Positions 28,170 through 39,544 of a stretch of 64,000 bases of DNA are shown here, in pieces. Position numbers and translations under genes: made by a program. The notes below the pieces were generated by a model. The model was given only the letters and a program-made list of their open reading frames with translations. It was not told where the DNA came from and did no database searches. How positions within the stretch are numbered: the stretch's first letter is position 1; each line of letters begins with the position of its first letter. Origin of the DNA: Patescibacteria group bacterium. Its GTDB lineage: Bacteria > Patescibacteriota > Minisyncoccia > Minisyncoccales > JAHCRE01. The stretch covers positions 2,538 through 66,537 of the forward strand of contig JAHCRE010000021.1 in the NCBI GenBank assembly GCA_020148145.1. Reading direction: 5' to 3'.

Positions 28170-29483
28170 TCAACCCAAAAACCTCTTTTTTCTCAATTTT
28201 CTATGATAAGAAATGGCAAATCGGTGAGCTTCATCCCGGAGCTGCAAAATTAAATTAAAAATTTCTCTAGAAAGATTTTTTAATAAAATTGGCTTTTTTT
28301 GATTCTCAATATAAAGTTTATTTCCTTTCTTAGCAAGAGCAATAACCTTAATATTTTTTGTTTCTGAGCGGGCAGCTTTTAATTGGGTTTTTCCTCCATC
28401 AATTAAGATTAAGTCTGGCCGGCCCCATTCTGGATGTTGAAATCTCCGAAATAAAATTTCCCTTATCATTGCTAAATCATTTGATTTCCCAGTAATTTTT
28501 ATTTTAAATTTTCGATAAAAATTTTTATCAGGTTCTCCGTTTATAAACACCACCATTGAACCAGTAGCTAAATTTCCTTGAAAGCCAGAAACGTCATAGG
28601 CTTCAATTCTCTTGATTCCCCTTTTAATTTTAAGAAGTTTTTTTAAGTTTTTTTCGGTATTTCTCCATTCAAAAATTTTTGCCTGTCTGTCAAAACCCAC
28701 GGCTTCAGACACTGGCAGGCGGGTATGAGAGAGAATTTTTCTTAAAGCCCTAATTTGATCTCTAATTTTTGCTGCCTTTTCAAATTTTTTTTCTTTTGCT
28801 ACCTTTTTCATTTCTTTTTTTAAATCTTTTAATACCTGAATTTTCTTTCCCTGGAGAATTTTTTTCAAACTTTTAACATTTCTCTGACATTCATTTTTTA
28901 TTTGATAAAAGACCTGGGGAATTTGTTGGCTAAGTTTCGATTTCAAAAGGCAGGGAGCTGGACATCTATCTAGTTGATACCAAAGGCAAGGTCTTTTTGG
29001 TAAATTTTTACAGGACCTATAAGGAAAAACCTTTCTTAAAATTTTTAGAGTTTGTTTTAGAGCCCTACCTTCAACAAATGGCCCAATGAATTTAGTTTGT
29101 AGTTTGTAGTTTGTAGTTTGTAGTTTAATTTGGTGGGTCCAAAAAACTCTTGGGAAATCCTCTTTTGTTATTCCGGTATAAAAGAAGTTTTTATCATCTC
29201 GCCAAATTACATTGTATTTTGGTTGATGTTTTTTAATTAAATTTGCCTCTAAAATTAGAGCCTCAATTCCTGAATCAGTTTTTAAAAATCCAATTTTTTT
29301 TGTTTGATTTAAAAAAAGATCTTCTTTAAACCCAGGTTGTTGAAAATGATTTTTTATTCTTTCTTGAATATTGGCCGCCTTGCCAATATATAATTTTCTT
29401 CTTCTATTCAAAAAGCAATAAACTCCCGGTGCTTTTGGAAGTTTTTTAGTTTCCCCCTTTTTTATAAATCGAAATCCTTTCAT
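28170..29483 (-). CDS. uvrC: Excinuclease ABC subunit C (short form, ends after the endonuclease domain)
   Basis: GIY-YIG N-terminus (PGVYCF...LYIGKAANIQERIKNHF), UVR-like KFEKAAKIRDQIRAL, C-terminal DEAHRFAISYHRK. At 437 aa there is no (HhH)2 tail. Confidence 0.88.
   Translation of the reverse strand: MKGFRFIKKGETKKLPKAPGVYCFLNRRRKLYIGKAANIQERIKNHFQQPGFKEDLFLNQTKKIGFLKTDSGIEALILEANLIKKHQPKYNVIWRDDKNFFYTGITKEDFPRVFWTHQIKLQTTNYKLQTKFIGPFVEGRALKQTLKILRKVFPYRSCKNLPKRPCLWYQLDRCPAPCLLKSKLSQQIPQVFYQIKNECQRNVKSLKKILQGKKIQVLKDLKKEMKKVAKEKKFEKAAKIRDQIRALRKILSHTRLPVSEAVGFDRQAKIFEWRNTEKNLKKLLKIKRGIKRIEAYDVSGFQGNLATGSMVVFINGEPDKNFYRKFKIKITGKSNDLAMIREILFRRFQHPEWGRPDLILIDGGKTQLKAARSETKNIKVIALAKKGNKLYIENQKKPILLKNLSREIFNLILQLRDEAHRFAISYHRKLRKKRFLG
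29093..29120. repeat. Tandem heptanucleotide repeat (TAGTTTG x3 + TAGTTTA) inside uvrC
   Basis: Read directly. Encodes ...KLQTTNYKLQTK... in the linker after the GIY-YIG domain. Confidence 0.9.
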
Positions 29484-29573
29484 ATTAAAGATTTTAATCT
29501 AAAATTTTTGATTTTTCAATAGATACCTATTGTTGAAATTTTTTAAAATTTCAGATATAATAGGAAGTTAATT

Positions 29574-29657
29574 ATGTTCAAAGATTTTATTAAAATTCGG
29601 GGAGCTAAAGTTCACCCCGTAAAATTCGCTTCGCTCATCACGTGGCAAGTAATCTAA
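29574..29657 (+). other. 27-codon upstream ORF duplicating the UvrA N-terminus
   Basis: [27 protein letters not shown] versus Uvr[20 protein letters not shown]. Preceded by TATAAT (29556-61) and AGGAAG. Confidence 0.5.
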
Positions 29658-29661
29658 AAAT

Positions 29662-32553
29662 ATGACCAAGAATGTGATAAAAATCAGAGGAGCGAGAGTA
29701 CATAACTTGAAGAATATAAACTTAGATATTCCCCGAAATAAACTGGTAGTTATTACTGGAATTTCAGGTTCTGGTAAGAGCTCTTTAGCCTTCGACACCT
29801 TATATGCCGAAGGACAGAGAAGATATGTTGAGAGTTTATCTGCCTACGCCCGTCAGTTTTTAGGAGTAATGGATAAGCCAGAAGTTGATAAAATCGAGGG
29901 AATTTCCCCGGCAATCTCAATTGACCAAAGAAAAGCAGCTCACAATCCTCGCTCCACTGTTGGAACAATTACCGAAATTTATGATTATCTAAGATTATTA
30001 TTTGCCCGAGTTGGTAAACCCCATTGCCCAAAATGTGGAAAGGAAATTTCTCGTCAAACTATTGATCAGATAACTAAACAAATTTTGAAATTGCCTAAAA
30101 GAACTAAGATTTTAATTTTAGGACCAGTGATTCGCGGCCGAAAAGGAGAACGCCGGGGCCTAATAGAAGAAATTCAAAGATCAGGATTTGTCAGGATAAG
30201 AATAGATGGAATTTTGCATCGAGTAGAAGAAGCCCTATCTCTAACCTTAGATCGAAAACGGAAACATAATATTGAAGTAGTTGTTGATAGATTAATAATT
30301 GAAAAGGATTTAGATAGATCAAGATTAGTTGATTCCCTGGAGATAGCCTTAAAATTAGGAAAAGGAATAGTAATAATAAATCGAAAATCAAAAGATTTGC
30401 TATTTTCCGAACATTTTGCCTGCGAGAGATGTGGAGTTTCTTTGCCAGAATTGGAACCTCGTATTTTCTCTTTCAATTCTCCCTATGGGGCCTGTTCTCT
30501 CTGCCAAGGCTTAGGAGAAAGATTAGAGATTGACCCAAAATTGGTTATTCCTAATCCTAACTTATCAATTGCTGAGGGAGCAATTTTCCCCTGGGCTCAC
30601 GCCTCCCATAAAGTTGGCAGACAGGGTTATTATTGGTGGAAACTTCAAGGTTTAGCTGATAAACATAATTTTTCATTAAATACTCCAATAAAAGATTTGT
30701 CAAAGAGAGCTGTTAATTTAATTTTATACGGCGATGAAGAACTTGAAGGAGTAGTCTCTAATTTGGAAAGAAGATATCATGAGACTGATTCAGAATATGT
30801 TCGTCAGGAAATTGAGCAGTATATGATTAAAAGAAAATGTGAACAATGTCAGGGAAAAAGATTAAAATCTGAGGTATTGGCAGTTAAGGTAGCGGGAAAG
30901 TCAATTGATAAAATTGTTGAAGTGAGCATTAAAAACACAAAAAAGTTTTTTAGAAATTTATTAAACCAAAAACCCTTTGTCCTGAGCCCTAATGAGCAAA
31001 AAATTGCCCAACCTATTATTAAAGAAATCCTTGACCGTCTTCAGTTCCTGATTGATGTCGGTTTGGATTATTTAACCTTAGATCGAAAAACTCAGACCTT
31101 AGCTAGTGGAGAAGAACAAAGAATAAGATTAGCTACTCAAATTGGCTCCCATTTAACTGGTGTTTTATATATTTTAGATGAACCTTCAATTGGTCTTCAT
31201 TCAAGAGATCAAAGCCGACTTATTGGAACTCTAAAAAAATTAAGAGACCTTCAAAATACTGTTGTCGTTGTTGAACATGATCCCCAGACAATAATGGCAG
31301 CTGATTGGATAATTGATATTGGGCCAGGAGCGGGAAAGCGAGGTGGACGGATTATTTTTCAGGGAACACCAAAACAATTATTAAAAGCAAAGACTCTGAC
31401 TGGAGATTATATGGCCGGAAGAAAGAAAGTTGAAATTACAAAGTCAAAACTAAATACCCTCCCATCACCCTTCCGCCAGAAAGGCAGGCTCCTCGTCAAA
31501 GTTCCCACCAAAGTCTTGGCTTCGTCAGGTAAGCAAAACCATTTAATTATTAAAAAAGCAGCTGAGCATAATCTGAAGAATATTAATGTTAGAATTCCCT
31601 TGCAAAAATTTGTCTGTATTGCTGGAGTCTCAGGTTCTGGGAAAAGTTCTTTAATGAATGATATTTTAGCCAAGGTTTTAATGAGAGAATTCTATAGAGC
31701 AAAAGAAGAACCGGGAAAATTTGAAGAGATATTAGGAACTGAATTTTTGGATAAAGTAGTTTTAGTTGATCAGTCTCCCATTGGTCGAACTCCTAGGTCA
31801 AATCCAGCGACTTATACTGGTGCCTTTTCTTATATTAGAGATCTTTTCTCAAAGACTAAAGAAGCCAGAATCAGAGGATATCGACCCGGCCGTTTTAGTT
31901 TTAATGTTAAAGGCGGGAGATGTGAGGCCTGTCAGGGTCAAGGCCAGATTAAAATCGAAATGTATTTTCTCCCTGATGTCTATATTGAATGCCAGGAATG
32001 TAAAGGGAAGAGATTTAATAAAGAAACCTTAAAGATTGAATATAAGGGGGAAAATATTGCCCGAGTTTTAGAGATGACGGTTGAAGGGGCTTTAAATTTT
32101 TTCAAAAATATCCCCAGCCTTTCTCGAAAATTAAAAACACTCAATGATGTTGGTTTGGGTTATCTCCAGATTGGTCAACCAGCTCTTTCTCTGTCTGGTG
32201 GGGAGGCCCAGAGAGTAAAGTTAGCCACCGAGCTTTCTAAAAAATCAACTGGAAAGACTTTATACATTTTAGATGAGCCAACTACTGGTCTCCACCCCGA
32301 TGATATTAAAAAATTACTTTTTGTCTTGCGAGAATTAGTGAACCGGGGAAATACAGTTTTAATTATTGAGCATAACTTAGATGTGATAAAAAATGCTGAC
32401 TGGATTATTGACCTAGGACCAGAGGGAGGGGAGAAAGGGGGTTATATTGTTGCTACAGGTGCACCAAGAGAAATTATTAAAAATAAAAAAAGTTATACCG
32501 GATACTATTTAAAACAAGTTTTGGCTAATTCCCATTTTAATAAGTACTCTTGA
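29662..32553 (+). CDS. uvrA: Excinuclease ABC subunit A
   Basis: 963 aa. Two ABC ATPase modules ([25 protein letters not shown] x2) and Zn-finger Cys clusters. Confidence 0.97.
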   Translation: MTKNVIKIRGARVHNLKNINLDIPRNKLVVITGISGSGKSSLAFDTLYAEGQRRYVESLSAYARQFLGVMDKPEVDKIEGISPAISIDQRKAAHNPRSTVGTITEIYDYLRLLFARVGKPHCPKCGKEISRQTIDQITKQILKLPKRTKILILGPVIRGRKGERRGLIEEIQRSGFVRIRIDGILHRVEEALSLTLDRKRKHNIEVVVDRLIIEKDLDRSRLVDSLEIALKLGKGIVIINRKSKDLLFSEHFACERCGVSLPELEPRIFSFNSPYGACSLCQGLGERLEIDPKLVIPNPNLSIAEGAIFPWAHASHKVGRQGYYWWKLQGLADKHNFSLNTPIKDLSKRAVNLILYGDEELEGVVSNLERRYHETDSEYVRQEIEQYMIKRKCEQCQGKRLKSEVLAVKVAGKSIDKIVEVSIKNTKKFFRNLLNQKPFVLSPNEQKIAQPIIKEILDRLQFLIDVGLDYLTLDRKTQTLASGEEQRIRLATQIGSHLTGVLYILDEPSIGLHSRDQSRLIGTLKKLRDLQNTVVVVEHDPQTIMAADWIIDIGPGAGKRGGRIIFQGTPKQLLKAKTLTGDYMAGRKKVEITKSKLNTLPSPFRQKGRLLVKVPTKVLASSGKQNHLIIKKAAEHNLKNINVRIPLQKFVCIAGVSGSGKSSLMNDILAKVLMREFYRAKEEPGKFEEILGTEFLDKVVLVDQSPIGRTPRSNPATYTGAFSYIRDLFSKTKEARIRGYRPGRFSFNVKGGRCEACQGQGQIKIEMYFLPDVYIECQECKGKRFNKETLKIEYKGENIARVLEMTVEGALNFFKNIPSLSRKLKTLNDVGLGYLQIGQPALSLSGGEAQRVKLATELSKKSTGKTLYILDEPTTGLHPDDIKKLLFVLRELVNRGNTVLIIEHNLDVIKNADWIIDLGPEGGEKGGYIVATGAPREIIKNKKSYTGYYLKQVLANSHFNKYS

Positions 32554-32578
32554 CATATTTTTTTGTCTAAATAATAAT
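32550..32578 (+). promoter_or_regulatory. Candidate groESL promoter
   Basis: TTGACA (32550-55, overlapping the uvrA stop), then an A/T-rich -10 region TAATAAT about 16-17 nt downstream. Confidence 0.45.
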
Positions 32579-32588
32579 AAAAAGAGAA

Positions 32589-32615
32589 TTAGCACTCAAA
32601 GGTTGGAACTGCTAA
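32589..32615 (+). promoter_or_regulatory. CIRCE-like inverted repeat (HrcA operator type)
   Basis: TTAGCACTC-N9-AACTGCTAA versus consensus TTAGCACTC-N9-GAGTGCTAA. Left arm 9/9, right arm 7/9. Lies 31 nt upstream of groES. Confidence 0.7.
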
Positions 32616-32645
32616 ATATTATTTAAAGATGAAAAAAATAAAACT

Positions 32646-34701
<2,056 letters not shown>

Positions 34702-34725
34702 ATGACCCAAAAGCAATTTTTTCCA

Positions 34726-34745
34726 AAGCCCCTCTAGGGGCTTTT
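34726..34745 (+). terminator. Rho-independent terminator after groEL
   Basis: AAAGCCCC-TCTA-GGGGCTTTT. Confidence 0.7.
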
Positions 34746-34778
34746 GTATTGACTCATTTTTAGTTATAATAGAATAAT

Positions 34779-35516
34779 ATGGGGAAAACTAAACCAAAAA
34801 AAATCCCTAGACGAACTCGCAAACCAGTAATTACCGAAACAGTTTCAATTATTGCTCATCAGTTGAAGTCTCCCCTTTCGGTCATTAAAGGATATTTAGA
34901 AGCTCTAATTTCTGGTGATTGCGGGAGAATAAGTTCTTTTCAGAAAGAATACCTTTCCGACGCTCTTGAGAATGTTGAGAGAATGAAAAAAAATATTGAT
35001 GATCTTTTAATTGTCCAGAGAGTTGAGGAAGGAAGATATGAAATAGTTACTAAGCCCCTATCATTAGAGGAAATAGTCTTTCAGATTTTAGCCGATTTTT
35101 CTCTTTGGGCTAAGGCTTTGAATTGCCAGATTTTATTTAAAAAGCCTAAAGCACTACCTCGGGTCCTTGGCGATCCTAAGGGTATTAGAGAGGTGATTGA
35201 GAATTTAATTTCCAATGCCATGAAATATAGTCGGGGAAGAGGAAAAGTGGAAATTTCTATCTCTTTAAAGGCAAAGAATGAAAAACTCATCTTTGCTTGT
35301 AAAGATAATGGAGTTAGTGTTCCTAAAAAGGATTTCAAGAAAGTTTTTACCAAATTTTACCGCTCAGAAAAAGCAATGGAATTAGATCCTTCTGGTGCTG
35401 GCCTCGGTCTTTATATAAACAAAGCAATTATTGGGTTATGTGGGGGGGAAATTTGGTTTTCTAAAAATAAGGGTTTTGGAATGACCTTTTATTTTAGTTT
35501 ACCTATTGCCAAATAA
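34779..35516 (+). CDS. Soluble sensor histidine kinase (HisKA + HATPase_c only)
   Basis: H-box IIAHQLKSPLSVIKGY, N-box NLISNAMKYS, G-boxes DNGVSV and GAGLGL. No TM segments or sensor domain. Confidence 0.85.
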   Translation: MGKTKPKKIPRRTRKPVITETVSIIAHQLKSPLSVIKGYLEALISGDCGRISSFQKEYLSDALENVERMKKNIDDLLIVQRVEEGRYEIVTKPLSLEEIVFQILADFSLWAKALNCQILFKKPKALPRVLGDPKGIREVIENLISNAMKYSRGRGKVEISISLKAKNEKLIFACKDNGVSVPKKDFKKVFTKFYRSEKAMELDPSGAGLGLYINKAIIGLCGGEIWFSKNKGFGMTFYFSLPIAK

Positions 35517-35521
35517 AATTT

Positions 35522-35911
35522 ATGCCCAAAAAGAAACCAAAAATCTTAATGATTGAAGAAGATCGATTTTTAAGAAAGATTTACAGAAATAAATTATCAG
35601 ACAGCGGTTTTGAATTTATAGAAGCGATTAATGGGATAGAGGGTTTAAACAAGATTTTTTCTGAAAAACCAGACCTAATTTTGCTAGATATAATTTTACC
35701 AAGAAAAAATGGTTTTGACGTTTTAATTGAGATAAAAAGAAGAACCGCTACTAAAAAAATTCCAGTAATTATTCTCTCCAATTTAGGCCAAGAGTCAGAT
35801 GTTAAAAAAGGTCTTTCTCTGGGAGCAAAAGAGTATTTAGTAAAAACAGAAGTTAATCTCTCTGAAGTAGTAAATAAAGTAAAAGAGCATTTAGTAAAAA
35901 CTAGTTTATGA
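35522..35911 (+). CDS. Single-domain response regulator (CheY-like receiver)
   Basis: KILMIEED, phospho-acceptor context LILLDIILP, ...ILSNL, KEYLVK. Confidence 0.85.
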   Translation: MPKKKPKILMIEEDRFLRKIYRNKLSDSGFEFIEAINGIEGLNKIFSEKPDLILLDIILPRKNGFDVLIEIKRRTATKKIPVIILSNLGQESDVKKGLSLGAKEYLVKTEVNLSEVVNKVKEHLVKTSL

Positions 35912-35912
35912 T

Positions 35913-37598
35913 ATGAAAATCACTGAAAAACTTTTAAAAGAGATTTTGGTTGATTCAGAATTGATTTCTCCAAAAGATTTTAATTTAGCAAAATCAGAGG
36001 CGGAGGATAAAAAAAAACTTCTTGAGGAGATCATTATTGATAGAAAATTGATCTCTGAGGAAGAATTGGGCTCTCTTATTTCCGATAAGATTGGTTTCCT
36101 ATTCGCAAATTTAAAGAAAGTAAAAATAAATAAAGAAGTTTTAGAAACTATTCCAGAGATTGTAGCAAGAAAACAAGAAGTTATTGTCTTTGATAAAACT
36201 AAAGAAGGGTTAAGAGTTGCAATGGCCCACCCAGAAAATTTAGAATTTCGAGAATTTCTTGAAAGAAAAACAGGGGAGAAGGTTATCCCTTATTTTACTA
36301 CCAAAAGAAATATCTCAGCCGTCTTAAAATATTACAAAAAAGAAATAAAAGAAGAATTTGAGGAAATTATTGGTAAGACCCTGGAAGAGTTTAAAAAAAT
36401 TGAAACCAGAGCTCCCCAGTCCTTACCTATTATAAAAATAGTTGAATTAATTCTAAATTATGGTTATGAAAATCGAGCTTCTGATATTCATATTGAGCCT
36501 TATATTAATCAAACTATCTTAAGATATCGAATTGATGGAGTATTGCATGACATTTTGACCTTACCTAAAAATATTCATGATTTTTTAATCTCCAGAATTA
36601 AAATTTTAGCTAAGTTGAGAACCGATGAACACGAAGCCGCCCAAGACGGCCATTTTTCATTTCAGGCTCCCGAAGAGAAATTTGATATCAGAGTTTCAAT
36701 AGTACCAATTGAGGAAGGAGAAAAGGCGGTAATGAGACTATTAGCAGAAAGAGCTAGGAAATTTGAGCTTAAAGAGTTAGGATTGGACTCAAAAGACCTA
36801 AAAATAATTAGAAAAAATCTTAAAAAATCTTGGGGAATGATTTTGGCCACCGGACCCACCGGTTGTGGGAAAACCACAACTTTGTATGGGATGTTAAAAA
36901 TTTTAAATACTAGAGGAGTTAATATTATGACCATTGAGGACCCAATTGAATATGATATTGAGGGAATTAATCAAATTCAAGTTAATCCCAAGGCTAAATT
37001 AGCTTTCTCTCAAGGCCTCAGGGCTATAATTAGACAAGATCCAAATATTATAATGGTAGGGGAGATAAGGGATGAGGAGACGGCAAAATTGGCAATAAAT
37101 GCAGCTATGACTGGCCACCTAGTTTTATCAACTTTCCATGCCATTGATACCCCGACCGTTTTGATAAGACTTTTAGATATGGGAATTGAACCGTTTTTAG
37201 TTATTTCAACTGTTAATGTTGTCATAGCCCAAAGATTGGTTCGAAAAATTTGCTCAAAATGTATTGAAAGCTATGAAACTCCTTTTTCAGAGATTAAAAG
37301 GCTTTTAGGAACTGATTTTGTTTCAAAACTACCAAAAACAAAAAAAAATCAAGTTCGACTTTTTCGAGGCCGAGGCTGCCCCCTTTGTCAAAAAACAGGT
37401 TTTTTGGGGAGAATAGGGATTTTTGAAATTTTAGAAATGAAAGAACCAATTAAAAAATTGGTTTTAGAAAAAGCCCCTTCCTCAAAAATTAAAGAGGAGG
37501 CAAAGAAACTGGGAATGACTACTATGGTTGAAGATGGATTAAAGAAGGTAGAGATGGGAATTACCACTATAGAAGAAGTTTTAAGAACAGTAAAATAA
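35913..37598 (+). CDS. pilB: Type IV pilus assembly ATPase PilB/GspE family
   Basis: N-terminal T2SSE_N-like repeats, Walker A GPTGCGKTTT, Asp/His boxes, tetracysteine CSKC...CPLC. Confidence 0.9.
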   Translation: MKITEKLLKEILVDSELISPKDFNLAKSEAEDKKKLLEEIIIDRKLISEEELGSLISDKIGFLFANLKKVKINKEVLETIPEIVARKQEVIVFDKTKEGLRVAMAHPENLEFREFLERKTGEKVIPYFTTKRNISAVLKYYKKEIKEEFEEIIGKTLEEFKKIETRAPQSLPIIKIVELILNYGYENRASDIHIEPYINQTILRYRIDGVLHDILTLPKNIHDFLISRIKILAKLRTDEHEAAQDGHFSFQAPEEKFDIRVSIVPIEEGEKAVMRLLAERARKFELKELGLDSKDLKIIRKNLKKSWGMILATGPTGCGKTTTLYGMLKILNTRGVNIMTIEDPIEYDIEGINQIQVNPKAKLAFSQGLRAIIRQDPNIIMVGEIRDEETAKLAINAAMTGHLVLSTFHAIDTPTVLIRLLDMGIEPFLVISTVNVVIAQRLVRKICSKCIESYETPFSEIKRLLGTDFVSKLPKTKKNQVRLFRGRGCPLCQKTGFLGRIGIFEILEMKEPIKKLVLEKAPSSKIKEEAKKLGMTTMVEDGLKKVEMGITTIEEVLRTVK

Positions 37599-37860
37599 CA
37601 CTCCATATCGGAAGGGGGTCGGTCAAGACGCGAGGCTTCTCCGCGAAACCTGCGAAGCGGGTTGAGTCGGAAAGCCCCATCTGGGAAACCATTCGGTTCT
37701 CCCGTATAGGAAAATATTAAAAACCGAAGGGACGCGAGAGTTCTTAGCTCTGCGGAAACTCCCGTCCTAGGGTTTTTAAAGAGCGAGCCCGAAGCGAGCG
37801 AAAGCGAGCGCCAGAACAGAGTTCTGGTGAGGGCGAGCGACTAACCTTTGTAATAGCACT
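37599..37860 (+). ncRNA. G+C-rich structured intergenic element C between pilB and pilC (unknown class; related to element A)
   Basis: Shares ordered blocks with the minus strand of element A: AAGGGGGTCGG (37612-22), GCGAAGCGGG (37652-61), CCCCAT (37675-80), GCGAGC-GAAAGCGAGCG (37794-810). These are followed by a hairpin (CCAGAAC-AGA-GTTCTGG, 37811-27). Confidence 0.4.
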
Positions 37861-38910
37861 ATGTTTTTTGTTTCTCAAAAAGAAAAAATGTTTTTTGCTG
37901 AGCATCTCTCTCTAATGATTAAAGGGGGAATACCTCTTACTGAGGCCTTAGAAACCTTAAAGAATGAGACTAAATCAAAGACCTTTAAAAAAACTTTAAA
38001 TAATATTTTAAAAAGAATTTTAGAAGGAGAGAGGCTAAACAAAAGCCTCGGACGTTATCCAAAAATTTTTGATAAATTTTTTTGTAATGTGGTTAAAGTA
38101 GGAGAAGAAAGCGGAACATTAGAAGAAAACCTAAAGTATTTAGCCGGCCAGATTCGATCAGATTATGAGATGAAAAAAAAGGTAAGTGGGGCTCTCATTT
38201 ATCCGGTAATTATCATTACAATGGCTTTAATAATTGCCTTAGTGGTAACCCTTTTCATTTTACCTAAAATAACTAATCTTTTTCAGTTTTTAGAAGTCGA
38301 ACTACCCCTGACTACCAGAGTTTTAATAGGTAGCACTTTCTTTTTTAAAAAATACTGGATTTTTATAATAATTGGAATAATTTTTTTAATTTCCGCTTTT
38401 AGAATTCTCCAAAGGTTTAAATCTACTAAATTTTATTTTGATAAAATCAGCTTTTCTTTGCCATTTTTTAGTCAAATTTTTAAAGGTCTTAATTTAGCTC
38501 GATTTTCTCGAACTCTTTATACTCTTTTAAAGAGTAGGATGCCAATTCTTGAGGCCTTAGAAATTTGTGCCGATACTCTCCCAAATGAAGTCTTTAAAAG
38601 AAGTTTAATTTTGGTTAGATCTGGCGTGGAACGGGGAGAAAAAATTAGTCAAGGATTTAAAAGATTTCCTCAAATCTTCCCCCCAATTTTTTCTCAAATG
38701 GTAGTGGTAGGGGAAAGATCAGGCGCCTTAGAAGAAAGTTTTTTATATCTGGCCGAGTTTCATGAGGGAGAAGTAGATTCTATTTTGAAAAATCTTTCCG
38801 GTATCTTGGAACCAATTTTACTAATTTTAGTTGGAGCTTTTGTTGCCTTTGTTGCTTTAGCAATTATTACCCCAATTTATCGATTTATCGGTGCCTTTAG
38901 ATTCAGGTAA
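37861..38910 (+). CDS. pilC: Type IV pilus platform protein PilC/GspF family (short N-terminus)
   Basis: Two T2SSF repeats (GIPLTEALETL...; RMPILEALEICAD...) and three TM segments. At 349 aa it lacks the about 50-60 aa N-terminal region of many PilC proteins. Confidence 0.88.
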   Translation: MFFVSQKEKMFFAEHLSLMIKGGIPLTEALETLKNETKSKTFKKTLNNILKRILEGERLNKSLGRYPKIFDKFFCNVVKVGEESGTLEENLKYLAGQIRSDYEMKKKVSGALIYPVIIITMALIIALVVTLFILPKITNLFQFLEVELPLTTRVLIGSTFFFKKYWIFIIIGIIFLISAFRILQRFKSTKFYFDKISFSLPFFSQIFKGLNLARFSRTLYTLLKSRMPILEALEICADTLPNEVFKRSLILVRSGVERGEKISQGFKRFPQIFPPIFSQMVVVGERSGALEESFLYLAEFHEGEVDSILKNLSGILEPILLILVGAFVAFVALAIITPIYRFIGAFRFR

Positions 38911-38914
38911 AAAA

Positions 38915-39538
38915 ATGAAGAGTTTTACCTTAATTGAATTTTTATTAGTGATTGGGATTATTGGAACCTTAATATCTTTTACCCTATCCTTGGGCTTTAG
39001 TTTTTATAAAAACCAACAGCTAGAAACCCACGGCCAAGAAATTTTGCAGATCCTTAGGAGGACCCAAGCTAAAGCAATGTCAGTTGAACTCGATTCTTCT
39101 TTCGGAGTTTATTTAACTGACGACAATTATACTCTTTTTAAAGGAAACTCTTATACCGGCAGAGACGCTCAATACGATGAAATTTTTAATTTAACCCAGA
39201 TTATAAAAATTAGTGGTCTTTCCGAAATTGTTTTTTTAAAAATAGAAGGATTGCCAAAAGAGAGCCCTGCCTATTGTGGAGGGATTTGTACTCCATGTAA
39301 TGAATTTACGAGCCAGAGACCATGTAGAAAACAAGATGGCTGTAGTTGGAATCGATTGTTAGGTCGGTGTACTGGTCCTTGTACTCCCTGCAATAACTAC
39401 CAAAATCAGGCTGAATGCGAAGATCAATCAGGTTGTTCTTGGTATCCAGCCAGTCGGGGCGGAAACATTATTTTAAGTAGCAATGGTGATAGTAGAACAA
39501 TAAATATAAATGAAATAGGAAGGGTAAACCTTGAATAA
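38915..39538 (+). CDS. Minor pilin/pseudopilin with a tandem 5-Cys repeat module
   Basis: MKSFTLIEFLLVIGIIGTLISF prepilin motif. C-terminal CGGICTPCNEFTSQRPCRKQDGCSW / CTGPCTPCNNYQNQAECEDQSGCSW. Confidence 0.7.
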   Translation: MKSFTLIEFLLVIGIIGTLISFTLSLGFSFYKNQQLETHGQEILQILRRTQAKAMSVELDSSFGVYLTDDNYTLFKGNSYTGRDAQYDEIFNLTQIIKISGLSEIVFLKIEGLPKESPAYCGGICTPCNEFTSQRPCRKQDGCSWNRLLGRCTGPCTPCNNYQNQAECEDQSGCSWYPASRGGNIILSSNGDSRTININEIGRVNLE

Positions 39539-39544
39539 TTGGCT

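Noticed and set aside
37681-37770. c-di-GMP-I (GEMM-I) riboswitch in element C upstream of pilC
   Set aside because: CTGGGAAACCATTCGG and GGGACGCGAGAG resemble the GGGCAAACCAUUCG and GGGACGCAAAGCC blocks. However, the tetraloop/receptor arrangement and the conserved ACGCACAGGGC / CCGG partners are missing, and the related element A sits upstream of an unrelated gene. This needs Infernal before any claim.
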